A stretch of 64,000 nucleotides of DNA from Gracilimonas sp. (GTDB taxonomy: Bacteria > Bacteroidota > Rhodothermia > Balneolales > Balneolaceae): assembly GCF_014762685.1 (NCBI RefSeq), contig NZ_JABURM010000006.1, forward strand, positions 296,384 to 360,383, written 5' to 3'. The notes under the pieces were generated by a model that did no database searches, was not told the DNA's origin, and was given only the letters and a program-made list of their open reading frames with translations. This document shows positions 8,928-19,081 of this stretch, piece after piece. Each line of letters starts with the position of its first letter. Within the stretch, counting starts at the first letter, position 1. The translations under genes and the position numbers were made by a program.

Positions 8928-9812
8928 TTAAAACAACCCTAATTGAGTGTCTTCCTTATTCACCGGCCATTCCGGAAGTTCCGGTAACTCCATTAATTCA
9001 GAAAGGGACCGATGAAAATGCCGGCAAAGCTTGGGCTGCTCTATCTTATCTGGTGCATGTATAAAAACATACGGGTGTAAGCCTTCTCCAATCCATTCTG
9101 CTACAATAATTGCCCACTCTTTTAAATACGGCTCATTATTTATGATATCATTAGTTCCTACAAAGCGGAGCACCGGCCGTGATGAAGTGGTATCAAAACG
9201 AACAGGCACTTTTGGTTTCTTCTTTTGTGCCTCCAAAATAGTCGGGTCCTGAGATTTTACAGAGTACAGCTTCCGGGTATCAAAGATAACACGGTCCACA
9301 TCATAGCTTTTCAGCAAAGAGATGAGATTCCGTTCGTGTTTCCCATGATCAAAAAAATCCTTATGCCGCATTTCTACAGAGTAGCTAAATATTTTGGGGA
9401 GAATGGAAAAAACCTCCTCTAACCGATAAAGCTCTGAGGGTGAAAATGACTCTGGAAACTGAATCATAAAAGGCCCAATTTTTTCCCGAATAGGTTCGAA
9501 TAGTTTAACAAAATCAAGCACCTCCCCCTTCACATTATACATTCGCTTTTCATGAGTGATATAGCGCGGAAACTTAAAACAAAATTTAAATCCTTTTGGG
9601 GTTTTGTCGCCCCATTGTTTAATCACATCAGGAGTGGGGGTACTGTAAAATGTGGTATTACCCTCTACTGAATTAAAGACAGAAGCATATTGCGATAAAA
9701 AGTTTTCCTGCTTGGCATCATCGGTAAAAAACGTACCCTTCCATTCCGGAAGACTCCAGACTGTACAACCAAGATGATATGGCATCGCAGTTTTGCTCAC
9801 GAACACATTCAT
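8928..9812 (-). CDS. DUF72 (YecE-like) family protein
   Basis: DUF72-like N-terminus (GCTVWSLPEWKGTFF...YASVFNSVEGNTTFY) and the size are typical of the family. Confidence 0.75.
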   Translation of the reverse strand: MNVFVSKTAMPYHLGCTVWSLPEWKGTFFTDDAKQENFLSQYASVFNSVEGNTTFYSTPTPDVIKQWGDKTPKGFKFCFKFPRYITHEKRMYNVKGEVLDFVKLFEPIREKIGPFMIQFPESFSPSELYRLEEVFSILPKIFSYSVEMRHKDFFDHGKHERNLISLLKSYDVDRVIFDTRKLYSVKSQDPTILEAQKKKPKVPVRFDTTSSRPVLRFVGTNDIINNEPYLKEWAIIVAEWIGEGLHPYVFIHAPDKIEQPKLCRHFHRSLSELMELPELPEWPVNKEDTQLGLF

Positions 9813-9991
9813 TAAGAATATTAAAGCATGGGGGAATTTAAGCTTTTAAGTTGAATTTAAAATTACCGTTCAAATATTATATATACATGAGGCTTAACTC
9901 TCGGTTTTAAAAGTATAATCACCTAATTATGCAATTTTGTATTAAAAATGTTACTGTATTGCACACAATCTTGAATAAACGGGACGTATAA

Positions 9992-12721
9992 ATGAAAAAA
10001 CAACTAACTGTTCTTGGGGTCTTTACACTAATTTTATTACTCTCAAGTCCATTGAAGGCACAAAAAAAGGATTTAAAACCTGCTGACTACGCTCAGTGGC
10101 AAAGCATTTATTCCACTACTTTCTCAGATGATGGCAACTGGTTTTCTTATCAAATTTCTTTAGTCGAAGGTGACGGATGGCTTATGCTCACCAACGTGGA
10201 AAACAACAATGAATACAAATTTATGCACGGGGTGGAGCCTTTCTTTTCTAAAGACAATAAATGGTTCGCTTTCAGAATTGGTGTTTCTGAAGATGAAGCA
10301 AACAAACTGGAAGAACAAGATAAAAAAGTGCGCTTTGATCTCGGGCTAATGAACCTGGCTACGGCTGAAACAGATACTTTTAAAACTATTGAAGGATTTG
10401 AATTCTCTGAATCCGGAAGTCACCTGTTAATGAAAAAATACAAGGCCGATGAAGTAAAAACAGCGGGGACTGATATAATTCTCAGAAATCTGGATTCCGA
10501 GACAAACCAGGTAATAGGGAATGTCTCCGATTACGCCTTTAACGATGCCGGAACTCACCTTGCGTTCACCATAGATGCTTCCGAAAAATTGGGGAACGGA
10601 GTACAGCTTATTAACTTGGCCAATAACAGCATTTCTGTTTTGGACAGCGATACGGAAACTTATAAAGGATTAACCTGGCATAATGAAAAAAATGCCTTGG
10701 CCTTCATGAAAACCCAAAGTGATACCGTTCATAAAGACGAAACTCATTTAGTCTATGCTTATCCCGATGTTACTAATCCATCCGGCCTAAAAGTATTTGA
10801 CCAATCGGAAAACAACTCTTTACCAGAGAATTATCGTGTAGTTGATTTTGTTGGTTTAAGATGGGCAGAAGATGTAGAAACGGTCTTTTTCGGAATCAAA
10901 GAATGGGAACTCAAAGAAAAGGACGAACCCAAAGATACTTCTGCCATTGCTAAGCTCAACAAAGATCTTGACCCAACTAATGTTGAAGTATGGCACTGGA
11001 GAGATGCTGAAATTCAACCTCAACAGCAAGTTCGACTGAACCAAAAAAAAGAAGCTAATTTCCTGTCGGCCTGGCATCTTAATAATAATTCCTTTGTACA
11101 ACTGGAAGATGATCAGATTGAAAACGTAAATCTAACCGGAAAAGAAGAATATGCTATTGGTTATGATCCCCATCCCTACGAGCCTGCCTTTAGGGAAAGT
11201 TGGAACGATATCTACGTGATTGATGCAAATTCAGGCAAACGCACAAGAATTCTTGAACGGCACGAAAATGCAAGCGGCAGTCCCGGAGGTAAATACATTC
11301 TTTATTTTAAAGATACTGATTGGTGGACCTACAGCATTAAAAACAACAAACACAACAACATAACCGGAGCTATTGATACGCGATTCGAAAACTTTAAAAG
11401 AATCAGCGGTCGGGAAAATTTCCCTCCTTTCGGAACCGGACAATGGGTTGAAGGGGATGAATGGTTGCTTATTTATGATGAATACGATGCGTACCGAGTT
11501 TGGGCTGACGGCAGTAAATACGAAAACCTGACAAACGGAACAGAAGACGAAATCCAATACCGGCAAACAAGACTGGATTACGAAAATAACTTTATCTCCA
11601 AAGGCGATCCTATCTATTTTTCCAAGTATGGATATTATACCAAGGATCGCGGATATGCCCGGCTTGATAATAGAAACCGTCTGCAAGAGCTCGTTTACGA
11701 TTCTAAAATGTTTGGTCGGCTTAACAAAGCAGATTCAGCAAATAAATTTGTGTTCCTGAGAGAAAGCGCAACGGAATCTCCAAATTTCTACCATGTAAAC
11801 GCTAATTTCAGGAATCCGGATCAGATTACAAATACCAATCCGCAACAAGAAGAATTTTATTGGGCTGATGACGAGCTCATAACTTTCACCAATGCGCGCG
11901 GCGATAAATTACAAGGACGTCTTTTATACCCGGCTAACTATGAAGAAGGCAAAAAGTACCCGATGATTACCTATATCTATGAGATGCGCTCGCAAAGCAT
12001 GCATAATTATACCATCCCCTCCCGAACCAGCCCATACAACATGAGGCGGTATTCTTCGGAAGGATACTTTGTTTTTGAGCCTGACATCAATTATGAACTC
12101 AGAGATCCGGGCATATCCGCTGTTGAAAGTGTGGTTCCTGCCGTCAAAAAAGTATTGGAAACCGGAATGATTGCCGAGGACAAAATCGGGTTAACAGGGC
12201 ACTCTTGGGGAGCTTATCAAACAGCGTTCATCATCACCCAAACTGACATTTTTAACTCTGCTGTTGCCGGAGCCCCACTGACAAATATGGTAAGCATGTA
12301 TAATTCCGTATACTGGAATTCCGGAACTCCGGATGCTCAAATTTTTGAAGTTAGCCAAGGGCGTTTCCCTGAACCATATTGGAACGACTGGGATAAATTT
12401 ATTGAAAACTCCCCCATCTTTAATATGGAAAATAATACCACTCCGCTTCTTGTTGAGTTCGGCACAGATGATGGAGCCGTAGATTTTAATCAAGGTGTTG
12501 AGCTATACAATACCATGCGCAGAATGGAAAAACCATATGTGATGCTCGTATACGAGGGGGAAAATCACGGTCTTCGGCGCAAGGAAAATCAAATTGATTA
12601 TGCCAACCGCGCCTTTGAGTGGCACGAACACTTCCTGAAAGATGCAGAAGCACCAGAATGGATCAAAAGTGGGTTACCCTATCTGAAACGTCCTGAAATT
12701 CAGGAGAAAGAAAAAAAGTAA
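9992..12721 (+). CDS. S9-family serine peptidase (prolyl oligopeptidase/dipeptidyl peptidase-like), secreted
   Basis: Signal peptide, a long beta-propeller-like N-terminal region, and a C-terminal alpha/beta hydrolase with the nucleophile elbow GHSWGAY and downstream D/H-containing segments (GTDDGAV; GENHGL). Confidence 0.85.
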   Translation: MKKQLTVLGVFTLILLLSSPLKAQKKDLKPADYAQWQSIYSTTFSDDGNWFSYQISLVEGDGWLMLTNVENNNEYKFMHGVEPFFSKDNKWFAFRIGVSEDEANKLEEQDKKVRFDLGLMNLATAETDTFKTIEGFEFSESGSHLLMKKYKADEVKTAGTDIILRNLDSETNQVIGNVSDYAFNDAGTHLAFTIDASEKLGNGVQLINLANNSISVLDSDTETYKGLTWHNEKNALAFMKTQSDTVHKDETHLVYAYPDVTNPSGLKVFDQSENNSLPENYRVVDFVGLRWAEDVETVFFGIKEWELKEKDEPKDTSAIAKLNKDLDPTNVEVWHWRDAEIQPQQQVRLNQKKEANFLSAWHLNNNSFVQLEDDQIENVNLTGKEEYAIGYDPHPYEPAFRESWNDIYVIDANSGKRTRILERHENASGSPGGKYILYFKDTDWWTYSIKNNKHNNITGAIDTRFENFKRISGRENFPPFGTGQWVEGDEWLLIYDEYDAYRVWADGSKYENLTNGTEDEIQYRQTRLDYENNFISKGDPIYFSKYGYYTKDRGYARLDNRNRLQELVYDSKMFGRLNKADSANKFVFLRESATESPNFYHVNANFRNPDQITNTNPQQEEFYWADDELITFTNARGDKLQGRLLYPANYEEGKKYPMITYIYEMRSQSMHNYTIPSRTSPYNMRRYSSEGYFVFEPDINYELRDPGISAVESVVPAVKKVLETGMIAEDKIGLTGHSWGAYQTAFIITQTDIFNSAVAGAPLTNMVSMYNSVYWNSGTPDAQIFEVSQGRFPEPYWNDWDKFIENSPIFNMENNTTPLLVEFGTDDGAVDFNQGVELYNTMRRMEKPYVMLVYEGENHGLRRKENQIDYANRAFEWHEHFLKDAEAPEWIKSGLPYLKRPEIQEKEKK

Positions 12722-12745
12722 CCTCCACTGTACTTTTACTTTTAA

Positions 12746-12777
12746 GTCCGCTTCAGATTACTGAGGCGGACTTTTTT
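12746..12777 (+). terminator. rho-independent terminator after the S9 peptidase gene
   Basis: Stem GTCCGCTTCAG/CTGAGGCGGAC (one G-U pair) with a 4-nt loop, followed by TTTTTT. Confidence 0.8.
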
Positions 12778-12815
12778 ATTTCGTTTTTTAATCTCCGAAC
12801 TAAAAAAACTAACGT

Positions 12816-14570
12816 TCAGGCCGTTTTAGACATTTTTGCACAAGATTTAAAACGTATGCTAAATGAAATTCCGTCCTCAACTGTTAATTCGTAGGTGGCA
12901 TTCAGTTGTTTTATCAGGGATGAAATCAGCGTCATTCCAAGTGTTTTTGGATTTTCAAACTTAACACCATCCGGAAAACCCGGGCCATTATCAGATACTT
13001 TTATGAATACTTCATTCTTATTTTGGTACAACGAAACCTTAACCTTTCCTTTACCATCCTTGGAACCATATTTAAAGGCATTTATCAATAATTCATTTAA
13101 AAGTAATCCGGCGGGAATGGACTGCTTGATACTCAACGTCACCGGCCGACTATCTACCATTACCCTTAGCTCTTCAGAATTGGAACAATATTTCTTTCGT
13201 GCCGACTCTATAAGCTCATTCACATACTCGTCCATCCGGATACTGGAAAATGTTTCAGTATGATAGAGTCTCTCATGCACCAATGCCATAGAATGAATAC
13301 GAGAGACCGTACTCTCAAAATAATTGTCCATATCATTTGAATCAGACATCTCCTGTTGCAACTGAATTAAACTCGATATCAGGGCCATATTGTTCTTTAC
13401 CCGGTCATGAATCTCAGACAAAAGGTGAGTTTTCTCTTCCAATTGCTCTTTTATCTTTTGTTCCGCGTTCTTTCTGTACGTTATATCATGAGCTATTCCA
13501 TAAACACCAATAATTTCCCCATCCACAAAAATAGGAAGGTTCGTAACCTCAACATAAAACAATTCACCATGCTCCAAAATCCCGATTGTCTCGTAAGTTT
13601 GCGGGTTTCCTTCCAGGGCATTTTGGAAATATTCCCGAACTGTTTCGAGCTCCGAGGGTTTAACAAATTTATCGAAAGTAACGCCTCTGAGTTCTTCTAA
13701 CGAATAACCAATCATTTCTTCAAACACGCTATTAACATCCGTAAAATGGCCATTGCAAGACACAGAAAAAACGGCGTTGGGGTTTTGCTCATATAAAGAT
13801 CGATACCTTTGTTCACTGACTTCAATCTCTTTTCTCCAATTTTTTATACTTTTCAAAAACCGAAAAGAGAGCATACCCCCCGTTGCCAGCAAAATAAAGC
13901 CAAGTGAGATGGCAACCCAAAGCATAATAGAACTTAAAAAATGAGTTCCTGATGCCAGGGCTGAGGCCAGTCCATGTTTGGTACTGGTTAGTTCCCTGTC
14001 TAGCCTCAGTATGCTCGCAACATATTGTTCTTGTTGGGATTCAGAAAGAGAATTATTGCGGATATACTCCCGAACTTCTGCAGCAAGAGCTTCCATTTCA
14101 GCAATTATCTCATCAGACTTTACCCATTCCTCAATAGCATTCTCAAAGTCGGGGAAAGAATGGAACCAGACAAAGGTATTAATCATGTTGTCAATATCCT
14201 GCGGATTGGAATGGGTCTGCAGAAACAATTGTCGTACTGAATCCATATCTGCCCCTTCCCCTAAAAGTTCACGACGGATCTCTTCGGCACTTTTGAGTAG
14301 ATGAAGGGCGCTGTCAAACCGTGCCAGGTAACGGTCTTCGTTTGTTTTGACGTAATTAACCAGTTGGAAGCTTGCTTCCTTACGCGCTTCCGTCCAATTT
14401 GTTTGGAAGGTGGCGTATCCCCTAAGGCCGGACAAAGAATTAGTAGCAACAACCATGGAAATCGCCAAAAAAATGCCCAGTACAGTAAAAACTATCAAAA
14501 TACTGATCATTTTACGGTCGACATGGAGCCGCTTAAACGTATTCTTTGCGAAGTTGTTTTTTTCGCTCAT
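12816..14570 (-). CDS. sensor histidine kinase (2 TM, periplasmic helical sensor, PAS, HisKA_2, HATPase_c)
   Basis: H-box EIHDRVKNNMALISSLIQLQ (HisKA_2 type), a PAS-like segment (YRSLYEQNPNAVFSV...), and a C-terminal ATPase G-box (VSDNGPGFP). Confidence 0.85.
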   Translation of the reverse strand: MSEKNNFAKNTFKRLHVDRKMISILIVFTVLGIFLAISMVVATNSLSGLRGYATFQTNWTEARKEASFQLVNYVKTNEDRYLARFDSALHLLKSAEEIRRELLGEGADMDSVRQLFLQTHSNPQDIDNMINTFVWFHSFPDFENAIEEWVKSDEIIAEMEALAAEVREYIRNNSLSESQQEQYVASILRLDRELTSTKHGLASALASGTHFLSSIMLWVAISLGFILLATGGMLSFRFLKSIKNWRKEIEVSEQRYRSLYEQNPNAVFSVSCNGHFTDVNSVFEEMIGYSLEELRGVTFDKFVKPSELETVREYFQNALEGNPQTYETIGILEHGELFYVEVTNLPIFVDGEIIGVYGIAHDITYRKNAEQKIKEQLEEKTHLLSEIHDRVKNNMALISSLIQLQQEMSDSNDMDNYFESTVSRIHSMALVHERLYHTETFSSIRMDEYVNELIESARKKYCSNSEELRVMVDSRPVTLSIKQSIPAGLLLNELLINAFKYGSKDGKGKVKVSLYQNKNEVFIKVSDNGPGFPDGVKFENPKTLGMTLISSLIKQLNATYELTVEDGISFSIRFKSCAKMSKTA

Positions 14571-14768
14571 TTATTCCTTTTAACGCTGAAGTCCAACCTA
14601 TTTTTAAAACCAGATCAGAATAACAGAACTGCGCCACTATTTCCATTTTATAAGAAAGACTTAATAATAAAATTCATTTTCTTCTTCAGAAAAAGCATTT
14701 AACTAAGTTTTTTTATTATACTCAGGCACCAAATTTTAATTCTTAATTCTTTACTTCCTATTTCTAAC

Positions 14769-16469
14769 ATGCCCTTTGAACTTCTCGATTACCTCGTTGT
14801 TGCCGGATATGTTTTATTGATGATTGGCGTAGCCTGGGCAGCCAAAGTCCGTGGTCAAGAAACGCTGGATGATTTTTTCGCCGGTGGTAAAAATCTGCCT
14901 TGGTGGCTGGTTGGGGTTTCCATGGTGGCCACCACTTTTGCAGCTGACACTCCGCTTGCCATTACCGGAATCGTAGCCCGACAGGGGATTGCCGGAAATT
15001 GGTTTTGGTGGAACTGGATGATTTCGGGGATCATAACAGTTTTTATTTACGCTAAACTTTGGAAGCGGGCAGGAGTATTAACGGACGTAGAGTTCATTGA
15101 GCTTCGTTATGGCGGCAAGCCGGCTAGTTTTCTCCGCGGATTTAGAGCCCTTTATTTTGCTTTTCCCTTTAATTGCATCATTATGGGTTGGGTTACGGTT
15201 GGAATGGCCAAAATCCTGACTGTAGTAACCGGAGCCGATCAGTGGGTTGTGATCCTGATTTTATATGCCCTGATTGCCATCTATATTGCTATTTCGGGAT
15301 TATGGGGCGTGATGGTCACCGACTTTGTTCAGTTTATCTTAGCAATGACCGGAACCATTGCCCTTGCTTATTTTGCTGTTGATCATGTTGGCGGCTTGGC
15401 TGAGCTAAAAACCCAGTTAAGCAATGCCGTAGATTATGATGTACTAAGCTTTAATCCATTCACCAACCCTGAGATAGCATTAACAACAGCATTGATCTGG
15501 ATAGGAATGAACTGGTGGGCAGCTTGGTATCCGGGGGCCGAACCGGGCGGTGGAGGGTATATTGCTCAGCGTATGTTCTCAGCCAAAGATGAGAAAAATG
15601 CCGTTGGCGGAACACTGCTCTTTAATATTCTGATGTACGCCGTTCGACCGTGGCCCTGGATTTTAGTAGCCTTGGTTGCCATGGTTGTTTTTCCCAACCT
15701 TGAAGACCCCGAAACCGGATACCCATTAATGATGCTGGAAGTATTGCCCGTGGGATGGATGGGCTTGCTGATGGTCGCCTTTTTATCTGCTTTCGTTTCT
15801 ACCATATCAACCCAGTTGAATTGGGGGGCATCCTATGTGGTTAATGACTTTTACAAGCGCTTCATTAAAGTCCCGGATGAGTTTGAAACTAAAGAAAAAG
15901 CTCAAAACCACTACGTTCTCATCTCCAGAATTGCCACGCTTTTAATGGCCGCATTGGGTGTTGGCGTTTCTTATTTCTTTGATTCGGTGTCGGGGGGATG
16001 GGAATTTATTCTTTCTCTCAGCGCCGGTATTGGTGGCGTACTTCTGCTTCGCTGGTTTTGGTGGCGTATAAATGCCTGGAGTGAAATTACCGCCATGATT
16101 GCTGCTTTTATCGGAGCCACCTTTTCAAAATACATGGGCTATGATTTTGCCGGGGGAATGATTTTTACCACTTCTTTTTCAACCATCATCTGGCTGATTG
16201 CTACTTTTGTAACCAAACCTGAATCTGATCAAACTTTAAGAAAGTTCTATGCTAAAGTTACCCCAATGGGAAATTGGGCACGCTTTTCAGATGGCAAGGA
16301 ATCAGAAGACCGATTGCGTCCCTCTTTGCTCAATATTGCCTTCTCCATCGGTGCTATTTTCTTTTTCCTATATGGACTGGGGCAAATCTTCTTCGGAAAT
16401 ATAGCTGCGGGAGTCGGCTTCCTGCTTGGCGGATTCGTACTCGTCTGGGCAGTGGTAAGGCGTATTTAG
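14769..16469 (+). CDS. sodium:solute symporter (SSS) family transporter
   Basis: 566 aa with about 13-14 hydrophobic segments, and N-terminal SSS-like motifs (DFFAGGKNLPWW..G.S..AT.FAADTP). Confidence 0.85.
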   Translation: MPFELLDYLVVAGYVLLMIGVAWAAKVRGQETLDDFFAGGKNLPWWLVGVSMVATTFAADTPLAITGIVARQGIAGNWFWWNWMISGIITVFIYAKLWKRAGVLTDVEFIELRYGGKPASFLRGFRALYFAFPFNCIIMGWVTVGMAKILTVVTGADQWVVILILYALIAIYIAISGLWGVMVTDFVQFILAMTGTIALAYFAVDHVGGLAELKTQLSNAVDYDVLSFNPFTNPEIALTTALIWIGMNWWAAWYPGAEPGGGGYIAQRMFSAKDEKNAVGGTLLFNILMYAVRPWPWILVALVAMVVFPNLEDPETGYPLMMLEVLPVGWMGLLMVAFLSAFVSTISTQLNWGASYVVNDFYKRFIKVPDEFETKEKAQNHYVLISRIATLLMAALGVGVSYFFDSVSGGWEFILSLSAGIGGVLLLRWFWWRINAWSEITAMIAAFIGATFSKYMGYDFAGGMIFTTSFSTIIWLIATFVTKPESDQTLRKFYAKVTPMGNWARFSDGKESEDRLRPSLLNIAFSIGAIFFFLYGLGQIFFGNIAAGVGFLLGGFVLVWAVVRRI

Positions 16470-16631
16470 CCCCAAAAAAATTAAATGCACAATCAAGAAA
16501 CCCGAGATCCGAATAGAACAGACTTCGGGTTTAAATTATCAGTAAATTAAATAAAAGTAACTTTGATAAAGGGTATTATTTTTTAAACTCTCTATTAAAG
16601 TGTGAGCTTAGCACAAAATTCCGGCTTTTTG

Positions 16632-18107
16632 ATGAAGGAATCTTACTACTTTAAAATTTTTGAAAGCATAGCTTCGTTATGTCTTCTTTTTTTATTCATC
16701 AGCCATTCCGCTTTCGGGCAGGTTCATTCCGACTCCCTCTGGCCTTACTCCAAAATAAGAGCTGATGTTGATGATAACGATACGCTGGATTACCTCGGTA
16801 ATGAAGTTTTTATCACCGGTACAGCCAACATTAACAGCGGACTTCTGCATGAGCATTATTTACAGGCATTCGTTCAAAATGACTCCGCAGGGATGTCTAT
16901 TTTTGCTATGCAAATAGACACCCCTTTTCAGGTTGGTGACAGTTTAGTAGTTAGAGGGAAAATACAGCGGTATAACGGCTTAGCAGAGGTTAGTGCCGAT
17001 TCTTATCAGGTTTTTAAAAATACCCGTTCCCGTCCAACTCCCAAACCACTTTCTGCTGCAATTACTAATCCCGCTCAATATCTCGGGATGTTGGTAGAAG
17101 GGGAAGGAAATGTAATTGAGAAAGGAAATACCTTTAATGGAAAGTTTGTGCGTATTTCTCAGGAAAATAGCCAGGGAAGTATGATGGTTTATGTATCTAA
17201 CTTTCATCACCTGTATGAAGATTTTGACTTTGATATCTTACGCATAGGAGACAAGATATCAGTCAAAGGAATTATCACGGAGTATAATCCTGACTTTCCA
17301 AATGAACGAACGTACAAGTTATTCTTACGAACCCCCGATGACCTGCGGTATGCCTCTGTTCCACAATATTACCTGTACCTGCTCTTTGGTGGAGTTGTGG
17401 TTGGCAGCTTTGTTATCATTGGCTGGGTAATTATTCTCAGGCATCGGGTTGATTCCAAAACATCCGAGATTCAGCATTCACTGAAAGAGAAAGATGTGCT
17501 TCTTCGAGAGATTCACCACCGTGTTAAAAACAGCCTTTCGATCGTTTCGGGACTGCTTGAACTGCAACTGGAAAGCACAAACAATGAAGACGCACGTAGC
17601 ATACTTCAAAATAGTCAAGCACGTATCCACTCTGTGGCTTTGATCCATGAAAAACTCTATCAAACAGAATCACTTTCTGAGATTGAGCTGGATAATTATA
17701 TCAAGGAGCTTGTTGAGGCAATACACAGAACATTCAATGATTACAAAAAAGACGTAACACTTTCATTTGATCTGGAAAAAGTTGAACTCGATATAGACCG
17801 TGTTATTCCTTGTGGACTGCTCATTAATGAATTAGTTGTAAATGCCTTTAAACATGCCTTTAGCAAAGGCAAAAAAGGGACGCTTCATTTCACTCTGAAA
17901 ACAAAAAATGAACATATTTTGTTAACGGTCTCCGACAACGGCCCCGGTCTTCCGAAAAAATTTGACCAAAAAAAGGATGAAAGCTTGGGAACTATGCTTA
18001 TCCACACGTTTACCGCACAACTTGATGGTCAAATGGAAATCGAAACAAATAGCAGAGGTACGACCTTCATGTTCACTTTTCCCATAAACCAGAAACAGAG
18101 TAAGTGA
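16632..18107 (+). CDS. sensor histidine kinase (extracytoplasmic tandem OB-fold-like sensor, 1 TM, HisKA_2, HATPase_c)
   Basis: H-box EIHHRVKNSLSIVSGLLELQ and ATPase motif VSDNGPGLP. The ATG at 16632 gives a signal-peptide-like N-terminus (the ORF track starts at GTG 16602). Confidence 0.85.
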   Translation: MKESYYFKIFESIASLCLLFLFISHSAFGQVHSDSLWPYSKIRADVDDNDTLDYLGNEVFITGTANINSGLLHEHYLQAFVQNDSAGMSIFAMQIDTPFQVGDSLVVRGKIQRYNGLAEVSADSYQVFKNTRSRPTPKPLSAAITNPAQYLGMLVEGEGNVIEKGNTFNGKFVRISQENSQGSMMVYVSNFHHLYEDFDFDILRIGDKISVKGIITEYNPDFPNERTYKLFLRTPDDLRYASVPQYYLYLLFGGVVVGSFVIIGWVIILRHRVDSKTSEIQHSLKEKDVLLREIHHRVKNSLSIVSGLLELQLESTNNEDARSILQNSQARIHSVALIHEKLYQTESLSEIELDNYIKELVEAIHRTFNDYKKDVTLSFDLEKVELDIDRVIPCGLLINELVVNAFKHAFSKGKKGTLHFTLKTKNEHILLTVSDNGPGLPKKFDQKKDESLGTMLIHTFTAQLDGQMEIETNSRGTTFMFTFPINQKQSK

Positions 18108-18959
18108 TTACTCATACATTTCCGCCAGGTTCAATAATTTTTTCAAATCTGTCACACGTTCAAGCTGTTCCTTCCGCTCGTAGCTGTGGATGAGATTCCT
18201 GATGCATCGCAGTACAATATCCAGGTTCGTGGCGATTTGGAAATGTTCCGGGCGGGGCTCAATGTTGTTTTTCTTCAGAAAGAAATAGCACTGATCATAA
18301 GTTACAATGGCCCCATTATCATACGGGTCAATTAATAATTCCTCTTTATCACCCACAAAATTCAACATAAAATGAATAGGCATATTAATGCCAAAAAAAG
18401 GCATTTCGAGGCGGCGTGAGATAAACATCACAATCAAACTCAAAGAAATAGGAAGTCCTTTTCGACGGTCTATCACCTGGTTTAAAAAGCAATTTTGAGG
18501 TGCATGATATTGCTCGGAATCACCGCGAAAATTGAGATCTTCAAAAATAAATTTAAGCAAATACTTCATTTTTCGCTTTTCATCAAGCCTGTACTTTATT
18601 TGCGGTTCAACCATTTTTGCAAAATGATCTAATTTTTTTTGATAGTCAGAAATCCGAAGGGTGGGACTGTCGAACCGGGCCAAAGTAAATATGGCTTCCT
18701 CCAGCGATTTTCGCGTTTTCAACCCGCTTTCAAGCACCTCAATGAAATCAGCTTCCAGCGTACCGAAAGTAAGCTTGTGGATGACGTTATTCACCCTGCA
18801 TTTGGCTTCTTCACTGTTAACCTCGGCACGATACTCATCCAGCAGCGGCACGGCTTTTTCGCCCAGTTCCTCTAAGCGGTTTTCTACACTTTGTTGCACA
18901 AACGGATCGGGATCGTCCATTAAGTAAAGCAACGACTCAATTTCTGTTTTTGAAGTCAT
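18108..18959 (-). CDS. transglutaminase-like / SirB1 (UPF0162)-family protein with an N-terminal HEAT-like segment
   Basis: The core region (GLPISLSLIVMFISRRLEMPFFGINMPIHFML...IDPYDNG) resembles the SirB1/YchA transglutaminase-like family. This call rests on recall only. Confidence 0.55.
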   Translation of the reverse strand: MTSKTEIESLLYLMDDPDPFVQQSVENRLEELGEKAVPLLDEYRAEVNSEEAKCRVNNVIHKLTFGTLEADFIEVLESGLKTRKSLEEAIFTLARFDSPTLRISDYQKKLDHFAKMVEPQIKYRLDEKRKMKYLLKFIFEDLNFRGDSEQYHAPQNCFLNQVIDRRKGLPISLSLIVMFISRRLEMPFFGINMPIHFMLNFVGDKEELLIDPYDNGAIVTYDQCYFFLKKNNIEPRPEHFQIATNLDIVLRCIRNLIHSYERKEQLERVTDLKKLLNLAEMYE

Positions 18960-19081
18960 AATTTGATTTCATTTGCTTTGGCGGTTTAAGATATTGATTC
19001 AGTCAACCAATTACCGCTTATAAATCCGCCCGTTATCCTGTATATTTCACAGCTTTGTTAAACCAACTTTATGACTGTTTT

